This document shows positions 24,776 through 37,920 of a stretch of DNA of 64,000 nt, piece after piece. Numbering within the stretch: position 1 is the stretch's first letter; every line of letters starts with the position of its first letter. A program made the translations under genes and the position numbers. The notes beneath the pieces are model-generated. The model made no database searches, was not told the origin of the DNA, and saw nothing but the letters and a program-made list of their open reading frames with translations. Location: contig NC_073384.1 of NCBI RefSeq assembly GCF_028641065.1, forward strand, positions 16,430,001-16,494,000, written 5' to 3'. This DNA is from Leucoraja erinacea. Its lineage: Eukaryota.

Positions 24776-25009
24776 TTTAAGATTAAGATGTTATTAAGTG
24801 TTGGCATATTTGCTCGAAAAAATAGCTGAATTGTTGGCGGAAGAAAAAAAAAGACAAAAAGTGCTGGAGTAACTCGGCAGGTCAGACTATGGAGAACATG
24901 GATGGGTGACGTTTTGGGACGGGACCCTTCTTCAAAGGAGGAGAACGTCTTCAAAGTAAGCATAACTTGAGGAGATTTCACATGGAAATCAGTCGTCGTA
25001 GAAACAAGG

Positions 25010-25308
25010 AACGGCGGTGCAGCGGTATAGCTACTGCCTTCCAGCGCCGGAGACCCGGGTGTGATCCTGACTTCTGGCTCTACGGAGTTTGTACGTTTTC
25101 CCCGTGACTTGCGTGGGTTTACTCCGAGATCTTCGGTTTCCTCCCACATTCCAAAGAAAAGGTTTGTAGGTTAATTGGCTTGCTGTATGTGTTAAAAAAA
25201 AATGTCCCTAGTGTGTGTCGGGCAGTGTTAATGTGCAGGGATTCCTGGTCGGTGCAGACTCGGTGGTCCGAAGGGCACGTTTCCGCGCTGTTTCTCCAAA
25301 CTAAACTG
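25010..25308 (+). mobile_element. tRNA-derived V-SINE (HE1-like SINE of sharks and rays)
   Basis: A-box ggcggtgcagcggtatagc, B-box region gacccgggtgtgatcctg, central ggagtttgtacgttttccccgtgac and a (ctaaa)n tail. Confidence 0.75.
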
Positions 25309-26484
25309 CGGATACTGGTTTACAAAAGTAGAGACGTCTCGGCTGAGGAATCCGGAGGAAAATCAGTAGACAACGCGAGCACCCTGGTCAGAAAGACCCC
25401 CTCGCTCCACGTCCCTGGGAGAGGGGCTGTTCAACAGGCATGTGTTGTGTGCGGGTGGGTATAAAAAGCTGGGGTAATTTAGCGGGTCAGACAGCATCTC
25501 TGGAGAAAAGGAACAGGAAGTGTTTCGGGTCCAGACCCTGCTTCAGACTGGGAGTCAGGGGAAAGGGAAACGAGAGATTATAGACGGTGATGTGGAGAGA
25601 TATAGAACAAATGAATGAAATATATGGGGGAAAAAAGTAACGATAATGAAGGAAACAGGCCATTGTTAGCTGTTTGTTGAGTGAGAGCGAGAATCAGGTG
25701 CGATTTATGTGGGGGATGGATGGAGAGAGAGGGAATGCAGGGGTTAGAGAAATCAATATTCATATATGTGTAACCACACACCTGCAGGTACACACGTCCA
25801 GGCCCGATTGTTCATGTACAATTGTACAGACAGTCGTCTATCAATTCTCATCGCTGGACTGGGCAGAGAGGCGGGGGTGCCTACGCAGGTTTGGCCGTGA
25901 TGTGGCGGCGGGGCCCTTCTTGCGGGTGTTGGGGCAGATAAACCGTGCCGGGCTCTCGGGTGGTTCAGACTGCAGCTTGTCCCGCGGCTGCTCGGTGTTA
26001 GAAGACCTGACCTCCCGCCCCGCGGACTGCGGGATCGCTCGGCAGCGGCTGCGAACGGGTCAGGCAGGGGTATCGAGCATGGACAATGAGGCGGGCAGAC
26101 AGGAGTGAGAGGAATGTAACGGCCCGTGTCTACACAGAGCCCGAATACAGACAGGTACACTCAACACACTAACTCATGGCCGCACACCACACATGCACAT
26201 TCCACGGGCGGAAATCGCATTTAAAACATGGGGGGACATAATGAGGCCTAACATCTAGATGTTGCACATTACACAGCATACGGGTGTGTGTGTGTATATA
26301 TGTATGTATTTGTGTCTGTGTTTATGTGTAGATGACTGTGCGTGCGACTGTGTGTGTGGCTGCGTGTGTGTATACGTGCTCATGCATGTCTTTATATTGG
26401 TCAGTCATTTAGCACAGAAACGGGCCTTTCTGCTCACCACGTCCATGCCGACTTTCTGTCTCTCTACACTTTACTTCGCTCATA

Positions 26485-27100
26485 ACCATATAACCATATA
26501 TAACAATTACAGCACGGAAACAGGCCATCTCGACCCTTCTAGTCCGTGCCGAACACATAATCTCCCCTAGTCCCATATACCTGCGCTCAGACCATAACCC
26601 TCCATTCCCTTCCCATCCATATAACTATCCAATTTATTTTTAAATGATAAAAACGAACCTGCCTCCACCACCTTCACTGGAAGCTCATTCCACACAGCTA
26701 CCACTCTCTGAGTAAAGAAGTTCCCCCTCATGTTACCCCCTAAACTTCAGTCCCTTAATTCTCATGTCATGTCCCCTTGTTTGAATCTTCCCTACTCTCA
26801 GTGGGAAAAGCTTTTCCACGTCAACTCTGTCTATCCCTCTCATCATTTAAAAAAAACCTCTATCAAGTCCCCCCTTAACCTTCTGCGCTCCAAAGAATAA
26901 AGCCCTAACTTGTTCAACCTTTCTCTGTAACTTAGTTGCTGAAACCCAGGCAACACATTCTAGTAAATCTCCTCTGTACTCTCTCTATTTTGTTGACATC
27001 CTTCCTATAATTAGGCGACCAAAATTGTACACCATACTCCAGAATTGGCCTCACCAATGCCTTGTACAATTTTAACATTACATCCCAACTTCTATACTCA
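26485..27100 (-). mobile_element. CR1 LINE 3' fragment (young subfamily)
   Basis: Minus strand encodes LYKALVRPILEYGVQFWSP...WNELPVKVVEA; (accata)n tail. Confidence 0.8.
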
Positions 27101-28019
27101 GTAAATGCTCATCTAAATACCTCTTATACTGATTGTAATTCATTCCACCACGTGTAAATTGTCCCTATGGTGTGTAGGATAGTGTTAATGTGCGGGGATC
27201 GCTGGTCGGTGCGGCCAATGCATTTGTATATTGGTATGAGAGTGTGTGTGTTTCTACTGCGCGCATATGCGCGTGTGCACATGTGTGTGCATGAGGAAGA
27301 AAACTGCACTTGTGCCTGGAATACCGGTGTGTGTGTGTTTGTGAAAGCAAGGAACTGCATATGCTGGTTTACCAAGGAAAAATACAAGGTGCTGGTGTAA
27401 CCCTGGAGAATGTGAATAGGTGAAGTTTCGGTTCCGAACTCTTCTTCGGCCTCGATGTTTGTCCCCGTCTATATACCTCTGCAGCCGTCTGTTCAGAATT
27501 CATAAAATATTATAAAATCATAATAGATCCATAAAAGATCAAAGTTCCTTTACCGGGCGTTCTTCAGTAAGCCAAATTGTTAAGGAGAGGGAAGATGTAG
27601 ATTGCAAGTAGATTATCGCCACAGTTCTTGTTAACTTGAGTAACTGCAGGTAAAGAGTTGACTCATGTCCGCATGTGTATGTGGTACCTGGGGTTGTCTT
27701 CATGTTCTTTCTTCAGATATTTACAAAAAACTGGTCATCTATAAACTCCCATTTTATAACCCTGCCATACATTGATCTTGGCATCTGCCAAATTTTGAGA
27801 TAGTTCTATTTTTTTAATCCAATCATAAAGCTTTTTATGAATTATAGAGAGAGCAGGTAACAAACTGCAAATAAACTACACTGGGAATTTGACCTGTTTA
27901 ATACCTGAATGTTCTGCTCTGGTGAGACATTATACCCATTAATGCCAGTGAAATTATTCATTGCATCACCTCCGATGTCAGACTGCAGAAGTGATGGTGA
28001 AGGTAGCAGGAGTCCATTT

Positions 28020-28166
28020 TTACCGTAGCAACCCCCAGAGAGAGGGGTCTCCCGGTACAGAATAATCTAGACACACGATGGGACATGGTGAGGGCCGAGC
28101 ATCGCCTGGAATCAACGTGCCTTGTCGAACATCTATCGTGGATCCTGTTGCATGAGATCTGCTGCA
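28020..28166 (-). CDS. Candidate cytoplasmic-tail exon of the Ig-V receptor (uncertain)
   Basis: Strong pyrimidine tract ctttgatttcctctttcactacag with three clustered AGs. Phase-2 joining to the TM exon gives either SAADLMQQDPR* or (S)RSHATGSTIDV...LDYSVPGDPSLWGLLR*. No independent support. Confidence 0.3.
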   Translation of the reverse strand, partial: CSRSHATGSTIDVRQGTLIPGDARPSPCPIVCLDYSVPGDPSLWGLLR

Positions 28167-28439
28167 CTGTAGTGAAAGAGGAAATCAAAGTTAAAGGTCT
28201 GGGCCCATTCAAAGACAGTAGGACATAGGTTTAAGGTGAACAGGAAGGGCAACATTTAAAGGAGATGTGCAGGCGCCTTTACTCAGAGAGTGATGGGTGC
28301 CTGGAAAACGCTGCCAAAATTAAAGGAAAGGACGGACTTCATAGTGGACTCAATGGCTTCACATTCTGGGGAAAGGGAGAATGATAGATGGACAAGGGGT
28401 TGAGTGAAAGGGGAACCAGTAGACATGGCCCTCTCCAAA

Positions 28440-28950
28440 TGCCCCACTTCACCTTTTCAATCTTCCTTCCCCATTCCCATTTCTCTCCCCTTCAACTCTT
28501 TTGCTCTCTTTTTCCCATTTCTCACCTTTCCCCTTTCTCTCTCCATATCACCTCTCCATTCCTCTTTCTCTCTTGACCACTTTTTTCTCCACCCTTTTGC
28601 TCTCTCCATTCCCATTTTCTCTCTCCTTTTCCATCTTTATCTCTCCTAGTCCTTTCTCTCTACATCACTTTCTCTCTCTCTCCATCGCTTTGGCCTCTCC
28701 ACCTTTTCTCTCTCTCCACCCTTTCCCTCTTTCTTCAACCCTTTATTTCCACCACATTTTATCTCTCTCCACCATTTTTATCTGTCTCCATCCCCCTTTT
28801 CTCTCTCCATCCTCCTTTCTCACTCTCCATTCCATATCTCTCTTCTTCCCCTTTCTCCCCCCACCCCTTTATCTTCCTCTATCCCGTTCTCTCTTTCAAT
28901 CCCCTTTCCTCACTCCACTTGCCCCGCCCTTCCCCTGGCACCTCCCCCAC
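28440..28950. repeat. About 500-bp CT-rich low-complexity polypyrimidine tract
   Basis: Almost only C and T on the plus strand. Confidence 0.85.
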
Positions 28951-30524
28951 ACTCAGCTCCTAAACCAAAGTGCAGCTCTGACTGTTCCTCATTGGCCATG
29001 TTGAGGATACAGCCAATCCTCCTAATGCAACATTGCATCTTACAATAAATCCACGCCTTAATTTTGCTGCCATTTAGCTGAATGGAGATTATTCAGTGAT
29101 GAAATTATTCCAGAATCACAAAATGGTAGCAGCGCAGTGGAAGACAGTTCAGTCCATCGATCTAGTGTCTCCCTTTTGTAGAACAAATGAGTGCTGTTGT
29201 AATTCAGTCAGCATGGGGTGCAAATCACTGGTCAGCTGTGACTTCAAGTAACCCACATAAAACAGACCTACCAACTGGTCTTGACTCCTGCATGGGTATT
29301 AATAACCTCTACCGATCAATTATAATGGTGATGTATGTTGCCTATCACATTAGACTGGGTTAGTGCTCAAGTTGAACTCAGAAAAACAACATGGGATCCA
29401 CTTCCCATGCAGAGAATCCTTGGTCTCCACCCATCGATGTTTGCAATGCTGAGAGATTAACCTATCCCACATGTGACATCATATCATGATGGGAAGGGAA
29501 GCAAACTCTGGCTAGGAAGAGAGGAGGAGACCAACTACACGGGCATCTTTCTCTGGAAAAAAATATTTCTAGAATGGTCTTGTCATATGCAGCATCTCGT
29601 ATTGTCACAAGCTGTTACAGCAAATGCCCACCACCCTCGCTCCCCTACCCAACTGGACCTAGTGCCATTAACTCTAAGATTATAATCATCACCTAAGCAA
29701 CAATGTACATGCAACTGGTGAAGCGGATTAGCTTAATGTAACCTGTTTGTTATAAAATAAATAAGGATTACTGAAGTGTTTAACAATGGAAAAAGACTAT
29801 AGTTTAATCTGGTCACATCATTAATTTTTTTTAATCACTTCTATGTCTCTGAAATTAACCATTAAACCTTCTGAATCTTCTGAATTTTGTGGTCGGCAGG
29901 ACAGTACTCTGCATATCGCCAACTTGGACAATTTTACTTTTTTTTAATCAAGCCAATTAATCAACCAATTAACCTACAAACCTGTACGTCTTTGGAGTGT
30001 GGGAGGAAACCGAAGTTCTCGGTGAAAACCCACGCAGATCACGGGGAGAACGTACATTAAATTACATTATTTACATGTTGTGTTAATAAAATGGAGATGT
30101 CAATTCTGTTTCTCAATGCATTCCGATGATAAATGAAATTTCGGAGTGGATGTCCCACCTTCTATGCTTTAGTGAAATTTAAATATAAATTACTGAAAGC
30201 AAACCCATACAATATGGCAAGAACAGAATGCAGGTTGGAAGATTGCCCTCACCACCCCTGGCAAAGACAGGAGACAGGATAGAAGATTATTCTTATTTAC
30301 TTTCTCCACAAAGAATGATTAAAAAAGATTAATTAGGGAAATGTGAATAAAGGAAAAGTTAGAGTATAAGAGAAAGATAGTCAGGAATGTTAAATGTTGG
30401 TTTTTCCAGAAAGGTAAAAAAGAAAAATGATATAGAAAGTAACTCTGGGATACTATTCATGGAATGCAAGGTGATGGCAGATGAAGTCAACAGGTATTTT
30501 TTGTTGGTCTTGCTTACAGAGAAA

Positions 30525-31790
30525 CATGGAACTTAGAACATACACCACAGAATAGGTCTATTGGCCCCACAGTATCTGTACCAATCATGATGCCAATTAA
30601 TCTCTTCTGCTTACATCTGATCCATGTCTCTCCATTCCCTGTTTATCTAAAAACATTTTAAAATCTGTCTCCACCTCCAGCCATGGCAATGCGTTCCAGG
30701 CATCCATTATTCTCTGAGTAAAAGACTCCTCTTTACTTTAAATGTTGCCATTCTCACCTTAAAGCAAAGTTATCTAGTATTTAACATCTTTAACTAGAGG
30801 GCATAGTCCCGAATTATGTCCTCTAATCCAGAACAAAAATGTTTCTGATGTTCTACACTATATATGTGTCTCATCATTTTATATACTTCTACCAGGTCTT
30901 CGTTGATTGGAGTACCAGAAAATACAAACCAGGTTTGTCCATCCTTTCCTTGTAGTTAATAGCCCCATGTCCAGGCAAACCACTGGTAAACCACTTTTGC
31001 ATCCTCTCTCCAAAGCCTCCTCATCCTTCCTGTAATAGGCTCATCATAACTGCATGCAATTCTCCAAATGCGTTTTGATCAAAATTCCATAACGCTGCAT
31101 TACGACTTCCTGACTCTTCTACTCAGTGCTCCAACTAATGAAGGCAAGCATACAATTTGTCTTCACCACTCTGTCTGCATGTTGACACTTTCAGGGTGTT
31201 ATGGACTTGGACCTCAAGATCCTTCTGTATATCAATGTTATTAAGGGTCTTCCTATTACCTATACTTTCTCCTTACAATCAACCTCCTAAAGTGCAATAC
31301 CTCTCAATTACTTCAACTCAAGTTAATCTGCCATTTCTCCGCTCATTTTTGCAGCTGATCTATAACTCGCTGTATATTTTGACAGCCTTCCTCACTGTCC
31401 GTGACCCTAGTAACCATCAGTGTCGTATGCAAACTTATTAACCAACCTGACTAAAGGTTTGTTCACATATCTGACAAACAATTGTCTCAGCACAGATCAT
31501 TGTGGAACTCCACTGGTCACAGATCTCCAGCCAGAGTAACACCTTTCCACCACAAAGCTCCATGAGCTTTCCATGAGTAATCTAGTTCTGAATCTAAATT
31601 ACCAAATCATCGTGACCCCGTACATCTTTGTCTTCTGGATCATGAGGAACTTGAAAATCCATGTCGACAACATGCCCTACACTCATTGATCACCTTTATC
31701 GCATTCTCAAAGTTCAATGAAGTTTGTAAGACATGACCTGCCGCAGACAAAGCCATGCTGATTGTCCCTAATTAGCGCATACACTTAGTC
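30525..31790 (-). mobile_element. Degenerate CR1 LINE
   Basis: Reverse-complement CR1 RT and 3' UTR motifs (QHGFV.GRSCLTN, LENCMQ). Confidence 0.65.
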
Positions 31791-31861
31791 ATAGAATCAT
31801 AGAGCACGGAAACAAGTCCTTTGGCCCAACTCGATCAGGATCCCCATCTAAGCTCAGTCTC

Positions 31862-31895
31862 AGTCTGAAGAAGGGTTTCGGCCTGAAACGTCGCC
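31862..31895 (+). ncRNA. Minimal hammerhead-ribozyme motif in a Penelope-derived terminal repeat
   Basis: agt-CTGAAGA-A-GGG-tttcgg-CCT-GAAA-CG-TC-gcc. Confidence 0.45.
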
Positions 31896-32704
31896 TATTT
31901 CCTTCTCTCCATAGATGCTGCTGCACCCGCTGAGTTCCTCCAGCATTTTTGTGTACCTCCCCATCTAAGTTAATCCCATTTGCCTGCATTTGGCACATAT
32001 GTTTCGAAACACTTCCTATCTAAGTATTTGTTGAAATGTCTTTTAAATGTTGTTATAGTACCTGCCACAAATACATCCTCTGGCAGGTCGTTCTATATTG
32101 ATGTTTAAATGGTTTATAAATGCATGAAAATCCTATCCTGAAAAATCCTCTCGAATACAGTCCCTTCCACCAGTGGGAGGCCCAAGAATCTATAATTAAC
32201 TGGAAAAAAAACACTGAGACTGGATGTTTAGCTGTGAGGGGAAATATCAGTGAAGGATCCCATGTGGTTATGTGCCAGGAGAATGATCCCGTGGTTACCT
32301 GAGTGTGAGGGGAGTGATCTCATGGGCTCGAAAGTTCCAGGAACAGAATAAGGCCACTCGGCCCATCAAGTCTATTCCGCCATTCAATCATGGCTAACCT
32401 TTCTTTCCCTCTCAACCCCATTTTCCTACCTTCGCACCATAACCTCTGACACCACTATTGATCAAGAATCTATCAAGCTGCATTAAGCATATCCATTGAC
32501 TTAGCCTCCACAGCTGTCTGTAGCAACGAATTCCATGGATTTGCCACCCTCTGACTAAAGAAATTCCTCATCTGCTTTCTACAGGTAAGTCCTTTAATCC
32601 TGAGGCGATGTTTACCTGACAGGTGAGTGATCCCCATATGGTTACCTATGAGGAGAGAGAGATCCTGCGTGGTTATGGGTGAGGGGATAATCCCATGTGT
32701 TTAC

Positions 32705-32843
32705 CTGTGATGTGTTGCCTCTCTGCTGAAGCACGCCAACCCTTTGACATAGAGCAGAACGACAAGGAGAATAGCCAGGAGGAAGAAGAGCGTTCCCAGG
32801 AAAGAGACCAGGAGAATTGGGACCAGATGTGAATTCCAGGCAC
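32705..32843 (-). CDS. Ig-V receptor exon 4: transmembrane helix plus juxtamembrane
   Basis: Acceptor tctacttgtgttacag is phase 1, matching the giant exon. It encodes (S)AWNSHLVPILLVSFLGTLFFLLAILLVVLLYVKGLACFSREATHH. Donor CAG/GTAAAC is phase 2. Linkage to the upstream exons is inferred from strand, phase and domain logic. Confidence 0.75.
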
Positions 32844-33477
32844 CTGTAACACAAGTAGATAGAGACAACTCAGCAATGGGCACTAGGAGAAAACACATCC
32901 CCACTCTAGGACTGTCAACCCATCTGGAGTTTGTAGAGACTGTGGAAATCCAGAGCAAGAAATTAATGTCAAAGTTAAGGATGATCGTCCTGAATGTTGG
33001 AGCAAGTATGCGGGCTGAATTGCCAACTCCTGCTTCTATTCATGTTCTGGTGTTACAGAATCATAGAGAGATACAGGACTGAAATGGGCCCCTCGGCCCA
33101 TTGAGTCTGTGCTGACCATCGATCCCCCACAAACTGATCCTACATTAACCCCATTTTATTCTCCCCACATTCTCATCAACTCCCTCTAGATTTCACCACT
33201 AACCCACCAATGGGGGATAATTTACAGTAACTAATTAACCCATCAACCCTGTGTCTCCTGGTTGTGAGAGGAAACTGGATTGCCCGAGGGAAACCCAATG
33301 TAGTCACAGGGTGAGCGTGCAAACGCCGCACAACACCATCCGAAGTCGAATGTAGGGATTAATAGAGGATTGATCCTGGGCCTCTCTACCAGATGCATTA
33401 CTGTGTGGTCCAACACACCCTTATACACAAGATAAGTAGAGTGATTGTGTGCAGTTACTGTGGCAGATAGACTTTGG

Positions 33478-33770
33478 CCTTTAAACTTTAGAGATACAGC
33501 ATGTAAACAGGCCCTTCGGCTCACAGACTCCACGCCAACCGGCGATCACCCCACACACCAGAACTATCCTTCACACCAGGGACAATTTACAGAAGCCAAT
33601 TAACCTACAAACCTGAAAGTCTTTGGAGTGTGGGAGGAAAACAAAGCACCCAGAGGAAACCTACGCGGTCACAGGAGAACGTACAAACTTTGTACAGACC
33701 CATAGTCAGTGTCAAAACCATTTGGCACTGTGAGGTATCAGTGCTACCGCTATGCCACTGTGTTGCCCAG
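33478..33770 (-). mobile_element. V-SINE (HE1-like)
   Basis: Reverse complement of the SINE at 25010. Further copies lie at about 17510(+), 29960(-), 40500-40820(-), 50590-50850(+), 62520-62790(-), 63240-63545(+) and 63815-64000(-). Confidence 0.7.
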
Positions 33771-35329
33771 GTTCAAGATAACTTGCCCACTAAATACTAT
33801 CCCATGATATGTGTTTGGCCTTGCATGCAGGGGATAAACATAGGCCATCATGGGGGAGAACTCCTTCTCTATCCTCATCGTGCCAAAGGACAGTTTGTAA
33901 CTGTCTGACACAACTGCTGGGCATCATTGCAACACCAGCTCAGGTTTAGTTCTAGGTCTCTGTCGTGTAACACTGTGTAAACCCCTCGGCTACCGAGCGG
34001 TCACCAAGACATTATTACCACTCCTGGTTGCTTGGGAGAAGTGAGTGGTGCTGGATCGATTAACATTTAGTGCTCATTCTTAATTGCCCTTAAATTGGTA
34101 GGCCTTTCCGGTTAGGGGCCATCCAGAGTCTGATTGCAGTGGAAAGTACAAAGCGGATTCACCAGAATGATCCCTATGATGGAACGATTCAGTTAGAGGG
34201 AGACTGGATAGATTAGGTTTGTTTGTGCTAGAGTGGTGGAGAATGAGCGGGGTAGCTGAACAAGGTAGAGAACATTTTGTGGCAAAGATAGGGTAGATAA
34301 TAGGAAACTTTTCCCCATGGCGGAAGTGTTTAAGTCTCAGGGACATAGGTTTAGGTTGAGCAGGTAAGAGATTTTAAGGTATTGTCATTGAATTCTCCCA
34401 TTTTAGATGACTACTTCATCTGCACCTCACTATTCTCCATCCTCTCTTCCCTGTGCTCCCCACTTTGGTCTCACGATTTCACCTCCTTTTCCCCTCCCCC
34501 TTCCACCTCTATCCTTTCCTCTTGCTTCACAATTCACTCGTCTTCACTCCTCATCTTACAACCTTTTGGCTTCCTTTCATCTCTGGACTTTGTCCACTTC
34601 TTTCCATCTCTGACTTTTGTCCACCCATCTATCAATCAACCCCCTCACCTGTATCCACCCATCATTCGCCTGTCTTTGTCCTGCCCTCACCTCTTTTCCA
34701 GCTTTCTCTCACCTAGCAGAATCAGGGTCCCGACCCGAAACGTCACCTATCCATGTCTTCCAGAGATGCTGCCTGACCAGCTGAGTTACACCAGCAATTT
34801 GTGTCTTTTTAAAGAGGATTAGAGTTGGTCTGAGGAAGAATTTTGTTCCCTCAAGAAGGTGGTTAGAATCTGAAATGCACTGTCTGATGGTTTGTTGAAG
34901 GGCAAGACACAGAGTATTTACAAAGTATTCGAATGAGCATTTGAATCACCAAGGCAGTGAAGGCTATGGACCAGGTGCTGGTAAATGCCAGTAGTACAGA
35001 TAGGTACTTCATCAGAAGGGTCTAGGGTCTACTCTTTGCTGTATGACTCTATAAATCTGTGACTAATTGATATTTCTGGAGTCACATACCAGTTGGACCA
35101 GGTAAGGACAGTGGCTATCACCCTGAAGGACATGAGGGAACCAGTTGCCTTCTTGGAACAATTGTGGTTTTGTGGTTACAGTTACTGAGACCATCCTTTT
35201 TTTTTTAATTACATGTTTATTTATAAATCAACTCATATTCCAGGTTTATTTATCAATTGAATTCCGTTTTATGCACCGGTCTTCACCATAAAGGGCACTG
35301 CAATATCCATATGGTAACAGAGGGGCTAA

Positions 35330-37920
35330 TTTCAAATAACAGGGAAGAACTTGAACAAATCTCAATCACAAGGGATAAAATATTAAAGGCTAAAAGTGTA
35401 CAAATCGCCAGGGCCCAATGGCATGAACCCAAGAGGTTTAAAGCAAATGGTTGGAGACATGGTGGACTCATTTGCAGAGATTTTACAAAAATAATTAAAT
35501 TCTGGAAATTTGGAAATTTGGAAATTTGGAAAACAATGTGACTCCCTTATTTGAAAAGGGACAAAGGCAGAAGGCAGGGAACTATCATTTCTTGTTGGCA
35601 AGCTGCCAGAGTCAATAATCAAAGGAAACAACAAATTGTTTGGGAAAGCTGAATATTATAAGAACCTAGTCAACATGGTTTGATGAGCAGTGAATGAAAT
35701 TGAGGAGAGGGAGATTTGCTGCACGGAACCGGTTGAAGTCATAGTCATAGAGTCATACAGCATGGAAACAAGCTTTTCGACCCACCACGTCCATGCCAAC
35801 CAGTGGGCACCCATCCGTTTATTCCCCTCTTCCAGCGTTTGATCTGTTGCCTTGTATGCCTGGATGATTCAAGCACGCATCCAGTCAGTTCTTGAATGCT
35901 GTAGTGTATTCAACTTTCCAAAGGGCATTTGACCAGCTACCATGTAAGAGGCAGGTGCATGAATTAAGAACCAAGGGTCCTGGAGGAAGTATGTTTGCAT
36001 GTATGAAAACTTGTAGACATGGAGGGATCAGAGACTAGAAATAAATGGGTCTTCTACAGGCTGAATGGATGTTGCTGGCGGAGTACCCCAGGGATCGGTT
36101 CTTGAATCTCAATTGCTTACTATTTCCATAAAAAAATCTGGAGGAGGGACAGAATGTTTCCATATCGACTGATGAATCAAAAATAGATGTGTAGGGAGGA
36201 ACTACAGATGCTGGTTTAAATCGAAGACAGACACAAAAGGCTGGAGTACCTCAGCAGGTCGAGACCCTTCTTCAGACTGAGAGTCAGGGAAAAGGAGAAC
36301 AAGAGATATAGACGGTCCTGAGGTGAAATGAATGGAAGATAAAAATAGATGGTATGTGGTGATGAGGCCATTGTGATTTTGCAACGGGATCTAGACAGAA
36401 TGAGTAACGATGAAAATGGCAAGTGGAGTTGAATGGAGCATCAGAGGCTGAGGGGAGATCTGATCGAAGCAGTGAATATGTATGAAATATACATAACATT
36501 ATTTATGATTTAGAATTATGAGACATCGTTAGGGTAGACAGTCAGAACCTATTCCCAGGGTGGAAATGTCAAAGACTAAAGGCCATAACGTTAAGATGAG
36601 AGTGGCGAAAATTTAAAGATGAGCGGGGAAGGAAGGGGTGGTTGTGGGGGTAGATACTATAATGACATTTAGGAGGCTTTTAGATAGGGACATGGATATG
36701 CAGGGAATGGAGCCATATGCAGGCAGAGATTAGCTCAATTTAGCATTCGGCACAGTCATTGTGACTGAAGGGCCTGTTCCTGTGCTGCACTGTTGCATGT
36801 TTTATGTTCAAATGTGGGGAAGTGTAAGGTCAAGCTCATCAGGTAGAGGAATCAAAAGGTGAATATTGTCAAAATGAAGAGAGACTGCAAATGGGTGAAG
36901 TTCAGACGGATCATGGTGTTCTAGTGCATGAATTACAGCAAATTAATACTGTAGCCAAGTCCAACTGGTAGCTACAAGGGAAAATGGCACATTTGCCTTT
37001 ATTGCAAAGGGGTCGGAGTTTAAGAATAGGGAGGTTGTGTTCCAGAGGTCCCAGGTGTTGGTGATACCTCACCAGTGCACAGTTTTGCTCCCCTTACATA
37101 ATAATGAATAAAGTAGCATTGAATTCTGCATACAGGAGATTCACACGCCAATTCAAAGGATGAGAAGGTTGGCTTATTAAGGAAGGCTGATCAGTTTACA
37201 TCTGTATACTCTGGAGTTTAGAAGAACAAGGGTAACCATATTCAAACATATAAGGTCTTGAAAGGTTATGATTGGGTGCTGGGTTGTTTCCATTTGTTGG
37301 ACCGTCTTGAACAAAGGGACATAACTGCAAGATATCGGGTTAAATCGAGAAAGCTGGAAGATCTCAGCAGGTCAGGTGACAAGAGGTGTAGATTGATGCT
37401 TTGAATCGAGACCTTACAACAGGACTGTGGGAACAGGATAAACCGTCAGTGCATAACAGTCCATGAAGGCTGTGGAAAGTGGGGAGGGGTGAGTCAGAGG
37501 CTGGTAGATGATGTGGAACAAAATGATGGGCAGAGGGAACCAAATGGGGGAGTGGTAGAAATGGGAAAGGGAAAGAAAGAGAGAAAACTGGGTGGATTGA
37601 GTGTGTGTGGAAGGAAAACACCAGGGAACGGGTCATCTGAATCAATTCTGGTTTTTGCTCCATATTCCAGCATCTGTAATCTCTTTTCTCTTCTCTGCAG
37701 AATAAGGTGCTGATCATCTAAAACTGAGATGTGCAGACATTTCCTCTGAGAAATCAGTTAACTTCTGGAATTCACTGCCCCCAAAGGTGGTGGATACCAG
37801 ATTAGTAGATTTAAGGTGGAGATAGATAAATATTTGAATGATCAAGGAGTTGAGGGTTATGGGGGATGGGTAGAGTTGAGAATTGAGGCTAGCATTGATC
37901 AGCCATGATCACAATGAATG
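35330..37920 (+). mobile_element. Old CR1 LINE with nested CR1, SINE and Penelope-terminal insertions
   Basis: RT motifs (SQHGL, FPKGI.., GVPQGSVL) interrupted by younger repeat fragments. Confidence 0.6.

Noticed and set aside
25010-25085. tRNA-like A/B boxes
   Set aside because: These are the head of a tRNA-derived V-SINE, not a tRNA gene; there is no complete cloverleaf.
28388-29004. Phe/Ser/Leu/Pro-rich ORFs up to 167 aa
   Set aside because: Translation of the CT-rich low-complexity tract.
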